From Styela clava (Eukaryota): 64,000 nucleotides of DNA. This document shows, piece after piece, positions 13,275 through 26,769 of the stretch; within the stretch, counting starts at the first letter, position 1, and the number at the start of each line of letters is the position of its first letter. Position numbers and translations under genes: made by a program. A model generated the notes under the pieces. It was not told the origin of the DNA and did not search any database. It saw nothing but the letters and a program-made list of their open reading frames with translations. The stretch is from NCBI RefSeq assembly GCF_964204865.1, contig NC_135250.1, positions 25,482,001 through 25,546,000 on the forward strand, read 5' to 3'.

Positions 13275-14609
13275 TTCTGGATTTAAACACTATAGGCAAG
13301 AAGTAACAAAATTTGTTAGTTATACTTACTCTTGTGTTGTAGGTCATTCCAAGCCATACAACAACAGTTCTCGATTCTTTGCGTAAGTATTCAAGTACTA
13401 AGTTGTAGTGTTCCATTGAGTAGATATTTGCTAGCTCCCAACCTTTGGATTTGCACCATTTTTTAGCGTCTGGGTATTCCACATCTCGAATTTTATGCAA
13501 AATGGCTTGAAAACATTTCCCGTTGTATAAGAGCGTTGGACAGTGTTCTGAAAAAAAAAAATAATAGTAACTGTTTTAGACCATATGTTCCTACATGTGT
13601 GCTTTAAACGATGCAAAAGGTAGAAAATATTTTTGATTTTCAATGCAATTTTGAATGTAATCTAACTATATTGGTATTGTAGGGTTGGGACCAATAGCAT
13701 TCAGTGGTTAACTCAAGTCTACAGCATCTAAGATTTAACCAATTAGGCCAGACGAGCTGAATCTAAAGCACGACTTTCCTGTCATTATGAAACATTATGC
13801 TCTTATCTTAGAATCACCCGCTTGCAACGTACAGATAGAGTTATAATAAACTTCATCAACTTCAGACCTCATCAATAAATCTTCGGTGATTTGGGAAGCG
13901 CGAAATAAAATAGTGATTACGTGATGGGAACAGGCAATGATCTACATGTTAGTGACGCTATTAGACCTGGATAAATTAGCATGTATGAAATTTTGGCGCA
14001 GTAAATATTTTACAAAAAAAGTGTAGTGTCGTATTTATGTAGCCGAAAGAAATTGTGCTGGTTATAAAGTAGTTTTTGTCAAATTAAAAGTTTATTCTAG
14101 CAAGATTTCTTTTAAAAACGAATTATTTTTGCCAAACTACATTCTCGCACAAACACAGTCTTGTTATAGTCAGACCTGCACAAGCTTTTGGGTACTTCCG
14201 TACTATGTGTACCAGGTTAGGATTAGACCATGATTTTATTCCGATTTTTCTTTTTTTATTTATATCACGAGTTGGGAGGCTGTTTATATTAGTTAAGTGA
14301 ATAGGGTTTAATCTGTTAACATAGTTTGATGCAAAGAAGGTGAAAAAAATCTGTTACCTCAATATTGATACACATACTTTTGGAGCGCCAGTGTTCGCGA
14401 AAAATAACTCATCTAAAAAATTGAAAACCTGGTCGACACATTGTCTATTTCAATGGGCAAAATGGACTTTGTGTCGACCAGGATTTGAAATTTTAGATGC
14501 CCCGAGTCACTGCGAGTCTGGTTGACTCGTGTCCAAGTCGAGTCAATGACTCAAGGATCCCTAATATTGATGTCAACTATAATTATAGAAATGTTATCAA
14601 AAATTAACA

Positions 14610-14780
14610 AATTGGACACGAAATGGTCATATGGAATGTGTTGTTAATATTGTGTTGGTTTTAGTCATTTACTTCTTGTTGTTACCCTATGGGAAAATCG
14701 CTTTTCTCATCCGCTACTGGACAAATTGCTTTGAAAATTTCCAGCGCCCAAAGGTTGTATATTTCGCTAGAAGGTTATCA
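14610..14780 (-). mobile_element. Partial reverse-oriented copy of the 56537-56799 repeat family
   Basis: Reverse complement contains ttcaaagcaattt/ggtccagta..gagaaaagcga and the terminal gtgtccaat. Confidence 0.5.
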
Positions 14781-17700
14781 CTTTTATTTATCAGATTTTA
14801 TTTGCTATCGGTAACAGTATTTATTGTACAAAAAGTACTTTGTTTTGAATTTCGTGTCTTTATATTTGAGCATCGCTCTCTCGTTTTTGGTCGAAACTGA
14901 AAACCAACAAACCTAAAGTCTTTTGTTCTATTTTCATAATTGTGTCGCTCAATCTTGCCAACGCACTTTCAAATTTTTGTTCCATTTTATCGATCCTGGC
15001 ACTGAGCCTTGTAGTTGCTATAATATAAAAATAAATTTTTATTATTTTTTTTCCACATTATATTGTAATGCACCAAATGTAATACAACTCTGTAAACATA
15101 ATCAAGTCCATGCATCTGAAACAAATAACTGACTAACTAATCCCATACCCGACATTGAACAATCAACTCGCCCTCGGGATTAATAGGTTATTTTTTGCAA
15201 CATGGATATATTTTCGAATAAGTTAGCTCTGATGTTTTGATAATTTGTTGGAAGAGAAATGAAACAAAAAACGCATATGTGAAAGACGATGGCTAATTGG
15301 ACGCATTTCAAATCAAATGATCGAGGTTACTGATCGAGAAATGCTATTGATATTTCATAGTAAAAACTTTGTAAAAATTTTGTTCATTTCACAAAAGTCA
15401 TGATCTGACTTTACCATTCACAACTTTTGCTTCCAGCATATCATTGACTAGATTGTAATCCACGGTTCCTTTTGGTCCAATTACTCCCCTGTCACCATTG
15501 ACCCCCGGTGGACCCCGCTTTCCTGGTCTTCATTGAGTTGATTGGTTAACTGGTGACGTCACTGAGCTTTCTGTCGTCAAAACAATGAACATATATTTTG
15601 ACAAACTTGTTCTTGTTGTTGTTGGTCCGCAACGACGAACGAACGCGGTGTTACAAATATGTAGAGTAAAATGATAAATCCAACTAAATTCTTCATTTTG
15701 CATCCGAACGTTCAACTAACAGAACACAAATACTTGATTCAATTTTATCGCGAAGCCAAAATCGTTTGCCTATACTATAAAAAGTTGACTATTTTAATAA
15801 AAACACATAATCATCGTTTTATCAATTTGGATTGCTTTGACAGAATATATTACATCTTTCCATGAAGGTGTCCCAAATCTTAGCATTTATGACCTTATAT
15901 CTACTTCCAAATACCTTGAAATCCCTTAATTATAGCTTATTCAAATAGACTGACAAATTTGACTTACCGTGTAAACCATTCAACTTAAAGGATCATTTTT
16001 AACAGTCATCTCACCTTCCCTGTCTCAATAACACTCGGGTAACAATGTAAGAATCGGAAATTTTATCTGTGTTCTTGGTGTTATAGTATGATCCCCTTCA
16101 GCTAACACTGCAGTCCAAATTTGTTCTATACAAGGGCTTACATATTTGATACACTGAATTTTTTAACCGTTCAAAACCAGGGAGCAAGTAAGGGTTAAAT
16201 TGAAGTTAGCTGACATTTCTCAATGGATGATTTTAAGTTCATACAACGTTTAGCCCTTAGAAATAGGGTCGTTGTTCGATTCTACAATTCTGTGGCTCCC
16301 GTGAGGAAATATAAAAAAAATCAGAAAAATATGAAATCGACCGCGTAAGTAATTAGGTAATTTTAACCATAACAAAACGTTTACTCTAAGTCTGGAATAT
16401 CTCTCTTTTAAAAACAAGTCATTTGGTTTGCTGTTATATTATGAGCTAACTCAAAAAGATATTTGAACAACTGCTTGCTGCACCAACTTTGGCGCAAACA
16501 TTATGAGAACGAGTATTTATTGATTCGCTTCCTGCAAAGGGTACAGCGGAGTTGAGTCTACTTTAATCAGGCCAACATTTTTGTGAAATTTTCGCAAACT
16601 GTGTGCGTGACTAAAATTTTCAAAGCTTTTAAGTCTTGTTAATGTGTCATGTGAGTTGAGTTGTTCATTTGAAAGAGTTTGAACCGTAGAATATGAATAT
16701 TCTCCACTTAAATTGTAGTGAGTAACGAGTGGAAGTTTAACATGGACTTCAGGTTTTAGTCACGAATTTCACTTTCGAGATTTCAAATCCTAGTGACTTA
16801 CGTGAGCAGTATTGCATGTTCAACAAAAGTTAGACGATTCAAAAAAATGTTCATCTGGCCCCACCCTCCCGGTCTCGCGACTCGTAGTAATGTAACCACT
16901 GCTCCAAACGAAACAACCGAAACAGATGAAATTATGCTTCCGTATAACTACGACAAGGGAGTCTGTGGAGATCTCCTCTAAGACATCGTTAGACATCAGT
17001 GATTGCTTGCACCTAGACATGTTCGGAGCAGAAGGGGCAAGAAAAAAACAATTTAAAAAGTTTTTGCCCCCATAAAAATACTTTGGTCTGAATAAACTAG
17101 TTAGTTGTTTAGCGTAATTGGATATGTCACTTGTATGTATGGCGTCGTGTATTTAAATTTCACTTTTTTACATTTTTCATTGGAAAGCATTTGTATTTTA
17201 ACCAGGGCCATGGTGCTGGATTATCGGGTATTCTAAAGCTAATGTCGTTTGAGTCAATTTAGGCCAGCGTCCAGTCTAAAATGGTGTTATCCAAGAAATC
17301 GGGATCAAAATCTTTGTGAAGCCGGAATATGGAATAGGCGACGGACCTCGTAGGGTTTCCGTAAATAATTTTATGTAACCGTATATATTATTATTAGTAC
17401 TCCAATATCATAAAACAATTAGGGAATTTAGAAATAAATCATAAAAGTATCATTTATCATGAAAACAAAATACATATTCCTGAATTCATCATCAAAACAC
17501 TTCTTCGTTGATAAAACAAAATTGCACCAAAACGGAAGGATATCTTTGGTAAGGAAGACACGGATATTGTAACAAAATTTTGCCCCATGAGATATTGAAA
17601 AATCACGTTAGATTTTGGCTGTAAAACGTTGCAAAATAGTGACACAAAAAGGAATTTTATGTATATAAAATGTAAAAATAAATTCAGGGTGATGATATTA

Positions 17701-18066
17701 TTTCGATCATAATTTCTTTAACTACCAGATTCAAAAATTTTTCAGGCAACAGATTTATGGTTCAAAATAAGATGGAATCCGAATACTTTATGAGTTTGAC
17801 TTGTATGAAGTATTATCTATTTTGATATTCATATCCGAAAAAATATTTCATAAAAAAAAAGGAAATTAAATAATGGGTCAAATTACCAAATCGACACAAA
17901 TGACAAGCGAGGGTTTTTTCAATAATAAAGTTTTCGGTATTGTCTTACTATGCAGCAAGATATTGAAATTGATCGGAAGATAAGTAGGCTGATTGATTGA
18001 TAGAAAAAACTTTAAATGGGTAAGGCTACAGTTGCCTTACTTCATATGCAGGCTATGGGTGCATTA

Positions 18067-21000
18067 CTATACAGCTTCTTGTAGCACATTTGAAGAGGAT
18101 GGTTGTTCGTAAGCTGACTCCACTTGTCTTTGCTTAGTTGGCGCAGGAAGAGCTTGTTCGTAACCGGCAGCTTCTTGCAGCACATTTGAAGATGATAGTT
18201 GGTCGTAAGCTGACTCCACTTGTGTTTGCTTAGTTGGCGCAGGAAGAGCTTGGTCGTAACCGACAGTTTCTTGTAGCACGTTCGAATATGATGGTTGAGA
18301 AACTGGGTCGTTGGAAGGAGTTGCTGATTAATTAAAAAAAGTTCGATTAACGACTATAGGAGAAATATTAAATATCTTTAAAATATTGACGAAGAATTGG
18401 CGAACAGTGCAAGACATATCCAAATCTTTCTTATTTTTCATTGTCGTCACTCAAGAGCAAATTACACAATAAGGAAGAGTAAACGTTTGTATAATGACTA
18501 AACGATACAAAAAAGACTAGCAAAATATTTGTCATCTTTTAGTAATTTGAGATGAGAATGATACCGGAGAAGACATACATATTTTACTTAGGCAAATTAT
18601 CTTATCTTCCTGTTTAAATATTTTTGCATTGGTGATGAAAGGAAAGCTGGTGAATGTCATATTTATTTACTTATATTTCAGAATTTTCCGGTGGCTGATC
18701 AATAATAATGTATTTTACGGGAAATGGTGATTTTCGGATCTCACCACCTTTTTCTTGTATATTTTCGTAATTATGTTCTTTCGCTTCTGCATGTTTCTTT
18801 AACTTCTTTATCTTATTTATCAGTCTGTATATGATTAAGCCAAAGATTACGTAGAAGATCAAAGGAATCAAAAAACCGATCACAAAACTGACGATGTTCA
18901 ACTCAAACGATTTCTTTTCTGAAAAATTATATAAGCTAAAAAAAACTTAAATATTAGAAATTTTTTAAATAATTTTGAAAGTTTTAACAAAATTGACAAA
19001 ATTGACAATATTTTCATTTTAAAACCGAATAGTTGCATGAACATTATTCCTTAATCAAAAGAATAATTTTCTAAACAATATATATTTCAATAAATGATTC
19101 CCAAACTTTTTTCATTTTTTTTGAAGTAAAGTGTCTGCAAAAATCATAATTCACTTCCATAAAGTTTCGATTGGAATCTTATATAGTTCTCGGAACATAA
19201 TTAGTATCTAATTACTATTTCCCTTGAACTATTTCCTGAAACTTAATACTGATTCAGGTTTGAGCCGGGATCATACATCAATATAATACATACGGTTCTC
19301 TAATATTGGCCCATTAATAGCAAAAAGAAATTCAATATAAAGGTATTCTCGCAACAAGGATTGAAAATCAATTTCCGAAAAATATACAGTTTTATTTAGA
19401 TAATGCGACAACCACTGTCCATGAATTTCATACGAGTGAGTGAATTCTCAATGATTACACCCAATTGAGTAGAACAAATCTAAATACTTGGAAATATAAT
19501 AATTGAATTCAATTTATACCTTTTGGATTTCCCACACAAGAACCTATGACAGACCAATAGCAATTGAATATTTTGATCGAAACAGAATAATTACGATTTG
19601 GTTCTGGTTGAAATGAATACCCGGATGATGACGTCACTTCTATGAGCTTTGTGTCTATCTCCGAGTTTGCATCTTGCGAAGAAACTGGAGTTGAAGTTAG
19701 ATTCAGTTCCTATAAATAATCAGATAAAAAAATTGCATCAGAAATATTGAATTTTTATTTTAAATTTTCTAAATATTGGTGTCAAATAAATTGTTGAAGA
19801 TAACGCAATAAACCAAAACTTCCAGATAAATGGAATATGATTTTGATATAAAATATTGATAAAACAATATCTGTCATTTATATCAGTGAACCAAAACAGA
19901 TCTACGATCGTAAGCAACAGATTGCATGGCTGTGGAATCAGCCAAACTTTGTGACACAGAGTGAAGTCATATTACACGTATAAATTCTCAATCCAATATA
20001 CATACCATCAACCAAGTTGTTGTAGGACATGTCTTTCAAATAGTTTGTGTTAACAATGCAATTATCGACTCACCACGGTATAAGAATCACCAGTCTCTGT
20101 TTTGTTATATAAGATCCATGAGATGACGCAAGTTTGCGTATTCTTGTATTGTATTATAGACGAAGATTCAACAGATAACGTTGATCCGTCTTTTCTTGCG
20201 CTTCGGATGGTAGAATATTTGGTTGGACAGTTAACCTTTGTTACACATGCAGTTTTCTGAAATTTATATTAACAATATAATAAAGCAACGGATAAGTTGG
20301 ACAAAGTGGTCAAGTAGCATAGAACGTTTTAAACGTATTCCTGAGAGAGAAAGTCCGTTTGCCCGAATTAGAACCCACGCAATAAAAATTAAAAAGAAAT
20401 GATCCTTTACGGTATATTGAAACATTATTACTTACTTTGATTAGAAAGGTTGAGGTAGGCGACAAATTGGTTATTGTGGTTGACTGTTTCTCAGATGTTG
20501 GTGAATCCACCCATCTTGTTGATTCACCTGAGGTCGGACTTACTTCTATTCTGTGAAACAGATGTGAGTTGACAGTGACAAATTAATGCAAGTACCAACA
20601 TGTAACGATATTGGTAGTGATGTTGGGTACACGGGTCGTGACCAACATGATAGATTTACATGATGACACTCACCAATACGTCTAATAAATTTAACAATGT
20701 AACTTAAGCAGCTTACACCCTTTTCTTAGATGACATTATATCATTGTTGTGAAACGACTATTGATATGGATTTGTCTGGTAGCCTGTTTGGAGGAAGGGA
20801 TGACGTATGAACAAAATCTTGTAATTTATGAATAAATATTGATAAACCTAAACTCACTTATGTCGAAATCCAACAGCATTTGTATGTGGTTTCCATGAGA
20901 CGACCAAGTCAGAGTTGCAGACGGTATTTGATATTTGATGGATTGTGGGATTTCCAGCCACTGAAAGTAAATACCAAAAGATTAGTTAACATAGGTTACA

Positions 21001-24000
21001 AAATAAAAGATCGGTATTTATATTCACCTCCATATGATTCTGTTTCGCCGAGTTTCCAACTGTTGCCGTTTCGAAAATAACAACTATAGGATCCCGCATC
21101 AACAATATTTGCATTATGAAGATTCAATGTTGCTGATTCATTTTGTAACGTTTGATAAATTTACTTGTAGTTGCGGTTGATACTTTGCTGGATGATTTGT
21201 AACATTCAGCTTGTGTTGCAGTGCTGCAGTCTGTTGCAGAACAATTTTTCTGGTTTCCATTGATTGTTTGTATTCTAACGAACGGGCCTGGAAACACTGA
21301 AGCAGAATTTGTAAAATTTGAAGCCGTAAATAACACAAATTGGTTTAGAATAGGAAATCTAGGTTGATTACTCTGGTTCATGCAAGCAGAAACACTAAAC
21401 TTTGAAAGTACCATAATTATATTTTTTTCAAATAAAAGCATTTTTTAATTAGTACTGTTAGTGCAACTTTGTTTGTAACACAATTTAAATACAGTGATTG
21501 AGGTCCAATAATTCTATTATAAGCATTCAGTGGCACTGACAAACAATACTTGTATTGTATATTTGTATATGTGATCTGTATTGAACAGTTACAATTGAAT
21601 ATTCTCAATTTGACACTCTATTTCAATTCATATTTAATTTACAACCATTATTTGCGTGATAGCTTTTTGGACAGGAAGTTGAACTATTTGAGTTGTGCTG
21701 TGGGTAGTGCGGGTACTGTTATAGTAGTGTTCTGGGTTCTATAGCTTTTTCACAGTTCAAGCTTCGTTCAGAATATCGTATAATTTTTGTGGAATTGTTG
21801 GTATAATATTACGGTTTGACTTTCGTGTACATATATTTGAGTTTTGCTCTATTGTTTCTTTAGGTAAAATCTATGCGACTTGATACGTTCCCTTTACCTT
21901 CAATTGAGCAACCTTGCATATTCGGACCACTTGTACAAATTAATGAAAAAGCGGGAAAATCCATGAAAATATTAACATGAAGACGAGTCGCACAATTACG
22001 TTCTAAAACCATAGCCATCTAATTAATGTCATCGAAGGAAAAATATCAATGATACCTTTTTTCCTAATTAAAATACAACAACTGAATATTATCTTTCTGG
22101 CAAATGTAGTAGAAGTTTTCATCACAGGATATATCAACCCATTCATACGTTTCTCTACCGACTGTCAGACAATTTTTACCAGTCCCACCATTTGGCTGAT
22201 TATATTTCCTGATAAATTGAGAAGCCGTATTAATTAAGTATAAAATTTATGCGCGTTCTAAGCAATGGTTATTGTCAAGGTGTTGCGCAGATATGGCTAC
22301 CCATTATCTATAAGCAGGAGAAGTACTGATATATTGAATATAAAGTTAAAATCAATTGCAGCTTTGCTTAATTTATCATATTGCCCGTAATTCTAATCTA
22401 GTGACGTTTGTCATCATTTCACAACCGACAAAATGAATTAAACTACGGTAGTGAGGGAATATCATCATTGAAGTCATGCCGTGGTAGTTCTCTTCACTAT
22501 AATATTGAGAATACTGAATACTGCATGGTATACGTGTTTAAAAAACTATTTCTCGCAGCACATACGGTATGTTGTTTTTATTTTTTGAGACATTCCTAAA
22601 TAAAGTTAATGGACAAACCAGAATTGATATCCCACTTTTTCCTTCATTATTAATTGGTCAAGGTATTGGCGAAAATTCCGAAGTTAAGCAGATTTACGGT
22701 ACCTGCCGACCTGCACAAATTTCACTTTCCAATTTTAAAATCCTATTCACTTGTGTGCGCATGTTTGACAGAAATAAGGCGACTTCGGAAAATCTTCACG
22801 CGACCCAGAGTTTGGGAACCACTGATCTAAGCAATAGTTATTTACATGGCGACTTTTGTGAATAGAATTGAAAATCAAACCAGTTTTGATATCCCACTTC
22901 TCCTATCATTATCACATCAGTACCATTCTGCCATTTCCAATCTCCTTCTCTAGCTATGTCATTTCCTCCGATGAAAAAGGTGTTATATGCATTTTGTATG
23001 CTTAGAATATAAAAACCTTATTATTAGTTTTTTAAGAGACCGGAGCCATCAATTGAAAATTAAAAAATTGACTGAGAGAGCTGATTAGACCACAGACGGG
23101 CCGAGATACCTAAATAGCCTTTATGTGATGAAACAAAGTATTATTGAAAACGCTGATTATGCCACGTAGCCCGTAATCCAAAATCACCAGTTAGTTCCGG
23201 TGTTTACGTGTGATTTGCAATTTTGAATGTACATGTTAGTTAGTAATTACTGAAAAACCCATTGCATAAAGAACAGGTTTTGCTTCAATTTATTCAAATA
23301 TACAAACTTGTAAGCTATAGAAATTCTATTGATTCTTGCGTTTATTTTATTTACGAATAACTACTAGCTTCAATACAGCATATCCAAGGTAAATAAATCG
23401 CTGTGTAGAAATTAACATAAATACTGAGGCTGGTTTTACGATTATAATGTGAAAATAATGAAGTACATATTATCCCGATCCTACAACATGATTCCTAAAA
23501 GTAAAATATTTAGCTCTCGTACATCACTGTACAAACAATATCCTATTTCAACTCACGTATATAATAAGTGTTTAATCTACATTAAGATGGTACAAACAAC
23601 AGTGAGATAATCAAACCCACCTATTTAGTGCTAAAGTTTAATTCAATACATTGAGTAATTACCATGTAGTAAATAACACCAAGAGATCAAAAAATGAACT
23701 AAATAAATTTCTACTCACGGGAATGCTGAATTAATGACTGTCGTTATCTCTCATTATCAACTTTAGCCAAGTAACTTCCCAATCCTTCACAGGAAGATTT
23801 TGCCTTGTTGTAATTTCTACGTTGTTTGAAGAAAAGTAGTTCGAACCCATCAATACATTCTTTCTTCCAAGGATCTGAACCACAACGGTATCTGGAATTG
23901 TAATCGAATTCAAAATTGAACAACTAAATAAATAACAAATCTCATTTATTAACAAGGAATTTGACAGAGAGATTAAATTAATATATACAGTACTTTTAAC

Positions 24001-24172
24001 AGATGAGTTTTTTTTTCATTTATTATAAGAAGCTATTTCATTTGTCAGAGAGAAGAAACTTATTTATGAACAAAATGTTTGACAGGATAAATTCAACAGG
24101 ATTCAACTAACCTTGAGCTGAAGCACTGGTGATGAGGATTGAAAACAATATCGCCAAAACTGTAAGATTCAT
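18067..24172 (-). pseudogene. Receptor copy B (short form, pseudogene)
   Basis: Same exon series as copy D (SP from 24172, CTLD exons, Ig, FN3 exons, TM ~18918-18748, tail from ~18323). Lesions: 1-bp deletion giving TAA at 23746-23744 in exon 2; exon-4 donor GT>AT at 22092-22091; 1-bp deletion in the Ig exon near 21160 plus Trp>Cys; tail cut off in the third repeat near 18070 by unrelated sequence. Confidence 0.8.
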
Positions 24173-25285
24173 CTTTATTATTCAAAGGACACAGTTTTTG
24201 ACATTCGTGGTCAACTTAAATATTACAACCTAATTTTTAATTCTTTTTGATTAGGTCGTTTTGGTTTCAATTATCATAACTGCAATATACAAAATATAAT
24301 TAATTTAATGCCACTATAAAAAAATAAAAATATACTTATAAAAATATATATCAAGCAACTCCATTACGTGGACGTGATAGACATCACAGCTCCTATTGTT
24401 GAAGCAATATTATAAATAACGGCGAAAGACGCCGACTGACTTGAACCTTCGTGACGCAGAAGATCGGCCTTTCCACCTATATCCCCAACTACATAAATTC
24501 GCCCTTCCTTATATATATATTCAGTTTTAGGTTAATCACAGATCGTTGTTCGTTTACTGAATTGGTTTTTTTTTTCCGACATTGCGACGATATCCATGAG
24601 TCTTTCTTATGGTAAATTACAAGAAGCAGTACTGGCTGCACCTGATATGAAGCGAAAGCATTGCAACACCTTTTCTCGAGAATACTTCGATACAGTGATA
24701 ACTACAAGATATATGTGTAAGCTTCTTCATTCACATTTTAAAATAATTCTACTGCCCCAAACTGCTACTATTATTACCGTACCAACATTTCACGAAACCG
24801 GCTTTACATACAATCATGAAAAATGGACGTAAGTTGTCACGTATGGGTGTTGAACTGAGATGGTTCACTGAGTCAGTCTACCACTTCCCATCATACTAAC
24901 AAAAGAGTTGCAAACGCACGGAGACATTGACTTCCAATAACCGTTCCTTAGTCACAATGGATTGTGTGTGCATGCATCAGTTATACCTGATGTAATAGCA
25001 CAATTCCATAATTATGGAAGTATTGCCTTTTATACTTGTTAAGCAAACACTGCATTGTGATAATGCTTAGCATCGTTGTCATGAGTGGATGTTATGAAAA
25101 CCAAATAACATAAACAAGTGGAAATTGTTTTCCTCTGTCTTTCATTAGTGTGTACCTATAGCATCAACCCCCCCAAATGCAATTGAGATCTAATCTCAAC
25201 ATACCCACCATACACTGTATTACACAGATCTTCGACAGGTTCGATAACAAATCACTTAACAAATTTGCATTATTGTCATCTAAGA

Positions 25286-26769
25286 CATAGGTTCTCAAAG
25301 TGCTCCGTACGGAGCCCCAGGGCTCCGCGAGAGAAACCCAGGGGCTCCGCGAGCTATTGGATTACTTTTAAAAATACTGACTAATTTTGTAACTGTTCAA
25401 AGAAGCAATAACAGCTTTGATAAAATCTGACAACAATATAACCTCGAAATGTGGCAAAGAGGCGGAATTAAAAAATGACATTATTCATAAGCAGAAGCGC
25501 GGCCAGGATTCTTAAGAGAGAGGTGGTTCAAAATTGGAATCGGAAATTCTTCATTCTTCGCGATTAAATAAAGGGATAACGAGATTTCTGTTGTGTTGCG
25601 AGATTTCTTACTCACGTTTGATTCGAGATTACTATTAGTATTACTAAAATGGAATAATACTATTCTAAAATAACATAAAATATGTGATAAACTGCCAACT
25701 ATAAATAAATTGGAGTCGTATTTTTGCGATCTTGGGATTTGTCAAACTTGATTTGTTCTTTCGCACTTAAGATTATTTTTAAGCAAGATATCGCCGTTTT
25801 AAAAATCTTAAAGTCTGGGCAAAATACGAACAATTGAAATTTATTTCATTACATTCGGCTCCGTCGGTAGTTTCAGAATGAAAAAAAAGGTACATCGCGG
25901 ATCGCGCGCACAACTGATTGCGTGCGGCTCTGTCGGTAGTTTCAGAATGGGAAGAAAGGTACATCGCGCGCACAATTGACTGTGTTTCGATTTCGCAGTT
26001 ACTACGAAGAAAACCTAACATAACACCAAATTTTGTGATTTACAATGTCTATAAAAGCGTTTTCAATCTGAGGTGAGTCTGCTGAAACCAAACGTGTGAT
26101 CTTCCATTTTAATTTTTAGTTTTAATATTTTAGAATGCCGCTTCACAATCAAGAAATTTGAGTTGCGGATTTACCTTTTTATTAATTATTATTTTTAGCA
26201 TTTCGTCGCCGATGACTATAATATGGTGACATGTTTTTCACATTGAACTCATAATTCCCCACAAGAACAAAAAAGCAATTAACGTCGTCATTGTGTAACA
26301 ATACATGTACTCGTTGTGTAACAATACATGTACTCGTATATGCCGATAGAAATTTTTGATTTAGGGAGAATAAACACCGGCGTAACGAGGTTTAAAGGTT
26401 CAAAAACATGCCATGCTGACAAAAAAAATTGGCGATTGTAACAAAATACAATGGCGCACGTTAAAAGCGGCCTTTCAAGTCTTCTAAAAATGTCAAAAGG
26501 TAAAAGATTCGACCCCTAATTTATTCATATGTTTGTCAAGTGTCAGATTTACAGCTTTAGTATATATAATTTATGTTTAAAATTTAGAAATAATTATGAC
26601 TTGTATTAACCCTATTAAAAAGGTTCAGCATTTAAATTAGGTAAAGTACTTTTAACTTGCTCAGGAATATTAATCTGAAAGTAACAATTTTAACATTTCT
26701 TTTGGGGCTCCGTGATTAATAGTCAACCTTTTCAAGGGCTCCGCAACACCAAAAGTTTGAGAACCCCTG
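25286..26769. mobile_element. hAT-like non-autonomous transposon (~1.48 kb) with perfect 8-bp TSD
   Basis: TIRs CATAGGTTCTCAAA / TTTGAGAACCCCTG; TSD ATCTAAGA at 25278-25285 and 26770-26777; subterminal GGGCTCCG repeats; the homologous site upstream of copy D (~45570) is empty. Confidence 0.85.

Larger units (their letters stand above)
12719..15696 (-). pseudogene. Collectin-like gene (signal peptide, short collagen, coiled-coil neck, CTLD), disrupted
   Basis: Exon ~15696-15415: MKNLVGFIILLYIFVTPRSFVVA-DQQQQEQVCQNICS, then a frameshift, then ...QSTQ*RPGKRGPPGVNGDRGVIGPKG (TGA where a Gly-X-Y Gly is expected). Exon 15017-14913 is coiled-coil-like (ATTRLSARIDKMEQKFESALARLSDTIMKIEQKTL). Exons 13547-13330 (HCPTLLYNGKCF..AKKWCKSKGWELANI..VWLGM) and 12907-12719 (..PW...FP...LCEY*) form a CTLD. 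Splice sites are GT-AG. Confidence 0.75.

Noticed and set aside
16255-16310. tRNA T-loop-like GTTCGATTC
   Set aside because: No cloverleaf or matching A box can be built.
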